This document shows, piece after piece, positions 63,810 to 64,000 of a stretch of DNA of 64,000 nt; the stretch's first letter is position 1, and the number at the start of each line of letters is the position of its first letter. A program made the translations under genes and the position numbers. Under the pieces are notes generated by a model. It worked only from the letters and a program-made list of their open reading frames with translations. It was not told where the DNA came from and did no database searches. The stretch comes from Camelus ferus (Eukaryota), in contig NC_045697.1 of NCBI RefSeq assembly GCF_009834535.1, forward strand, positions 23,004,001-23,068,000, read 5' to 3'.

Positions 63810-64000
63810 TAATAATAATTCTCACCTTTTTGCTGAGTATTCACTATATGCCTGGAAGTATTCTAATTATTTACACATAATAATTAACTTATTCTCACAA
63901 CAACCCTAAAATGTAAATATTTCTGTTACTTCCATTATTCAAATGAGTAAACCTAGGCACAAAGGGGTGACAAGATCTCACAGCTGGTAAGTGGTGAAGA
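63810..64000 (-). mobile_element. MIR SINE (runs off the window edge)
   Basis: ctgagtattcactatatgcctgg...attctcacaacaaccct...ccattattcaaatgagtaaacctaggcacaaag...tcacagctggtaagtggt. Confidence 0.75.

Noticed and set aside
1..64000. Protein-coding genes from the ORF track (60-144 aa)
   Set aside because: All are short, many use alternative starts, have low-complexity composition and resemble no protein I recognise. The longest (61299-61733) reads through an L1 3' UTR and a simple repeat. I found no chain of spliced coding exons.
1..64000. CRISPR array, operon or other prokaryotic-type system
   Set aside because: The sequence is mammalian (MIR, L2, L1, MaLR); there are no regularly spaced repeats and no gene-dense regions
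63540..64000. Tail-to-tail MIR pair as a dsRNA-forming inverted repeat
   Set aside because: Both copies are too diverged from each other to pair stably, and there is no evidence of transcription

Overview
This is AT-rich, CpG-depleted placental-mammal genomic DNA with no CpG island and no recognisable protein-coding gene. It is probably intergenic or deep intronic. The short ORFs in the track are chance ORFs or read through repeats. The window is dominated by decayed pan-eutherian interspersed repeats: MIR, L2, old L1M, MaLR/ERVL LTRs, and hAT and Tigger MITEs. I saw no Alu, B1/B2, SINEC, PRE-1 or Bov-A/B. One short tRNA-derived SINE (~5965-6037, minus) resembles the camelid Vic-1 SINE, so the source is probably a camelid (inference). 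The best-supported points of interest are: (1) a near-consensus CTCF site with a possible upstream module inside a CpG micro-cluster (~10.54 kb); (2) an L1 with twin-priming 5' inversion geometry and a recoverable target-site duplication (22.2-23.2 kb); (3) a young-looking 350-bp solo LTR with a perfect 4-bp TSD and promoter motifs (62252-62601); (4) an ERVL proviral fossil (LTR end, PBS-like site, gag) next to a MaLR LTR; (5) a MER96-like MITE nested in MER58A; (6) a patchwork repeat flanked by 12-bp direct repeats (16.2 kb). I found no evidence for a novel multi-gene system. Repeat family names come from recalled consensus sequences, not from a search, and the boundaries of old repeats are approximate (tens of bp).
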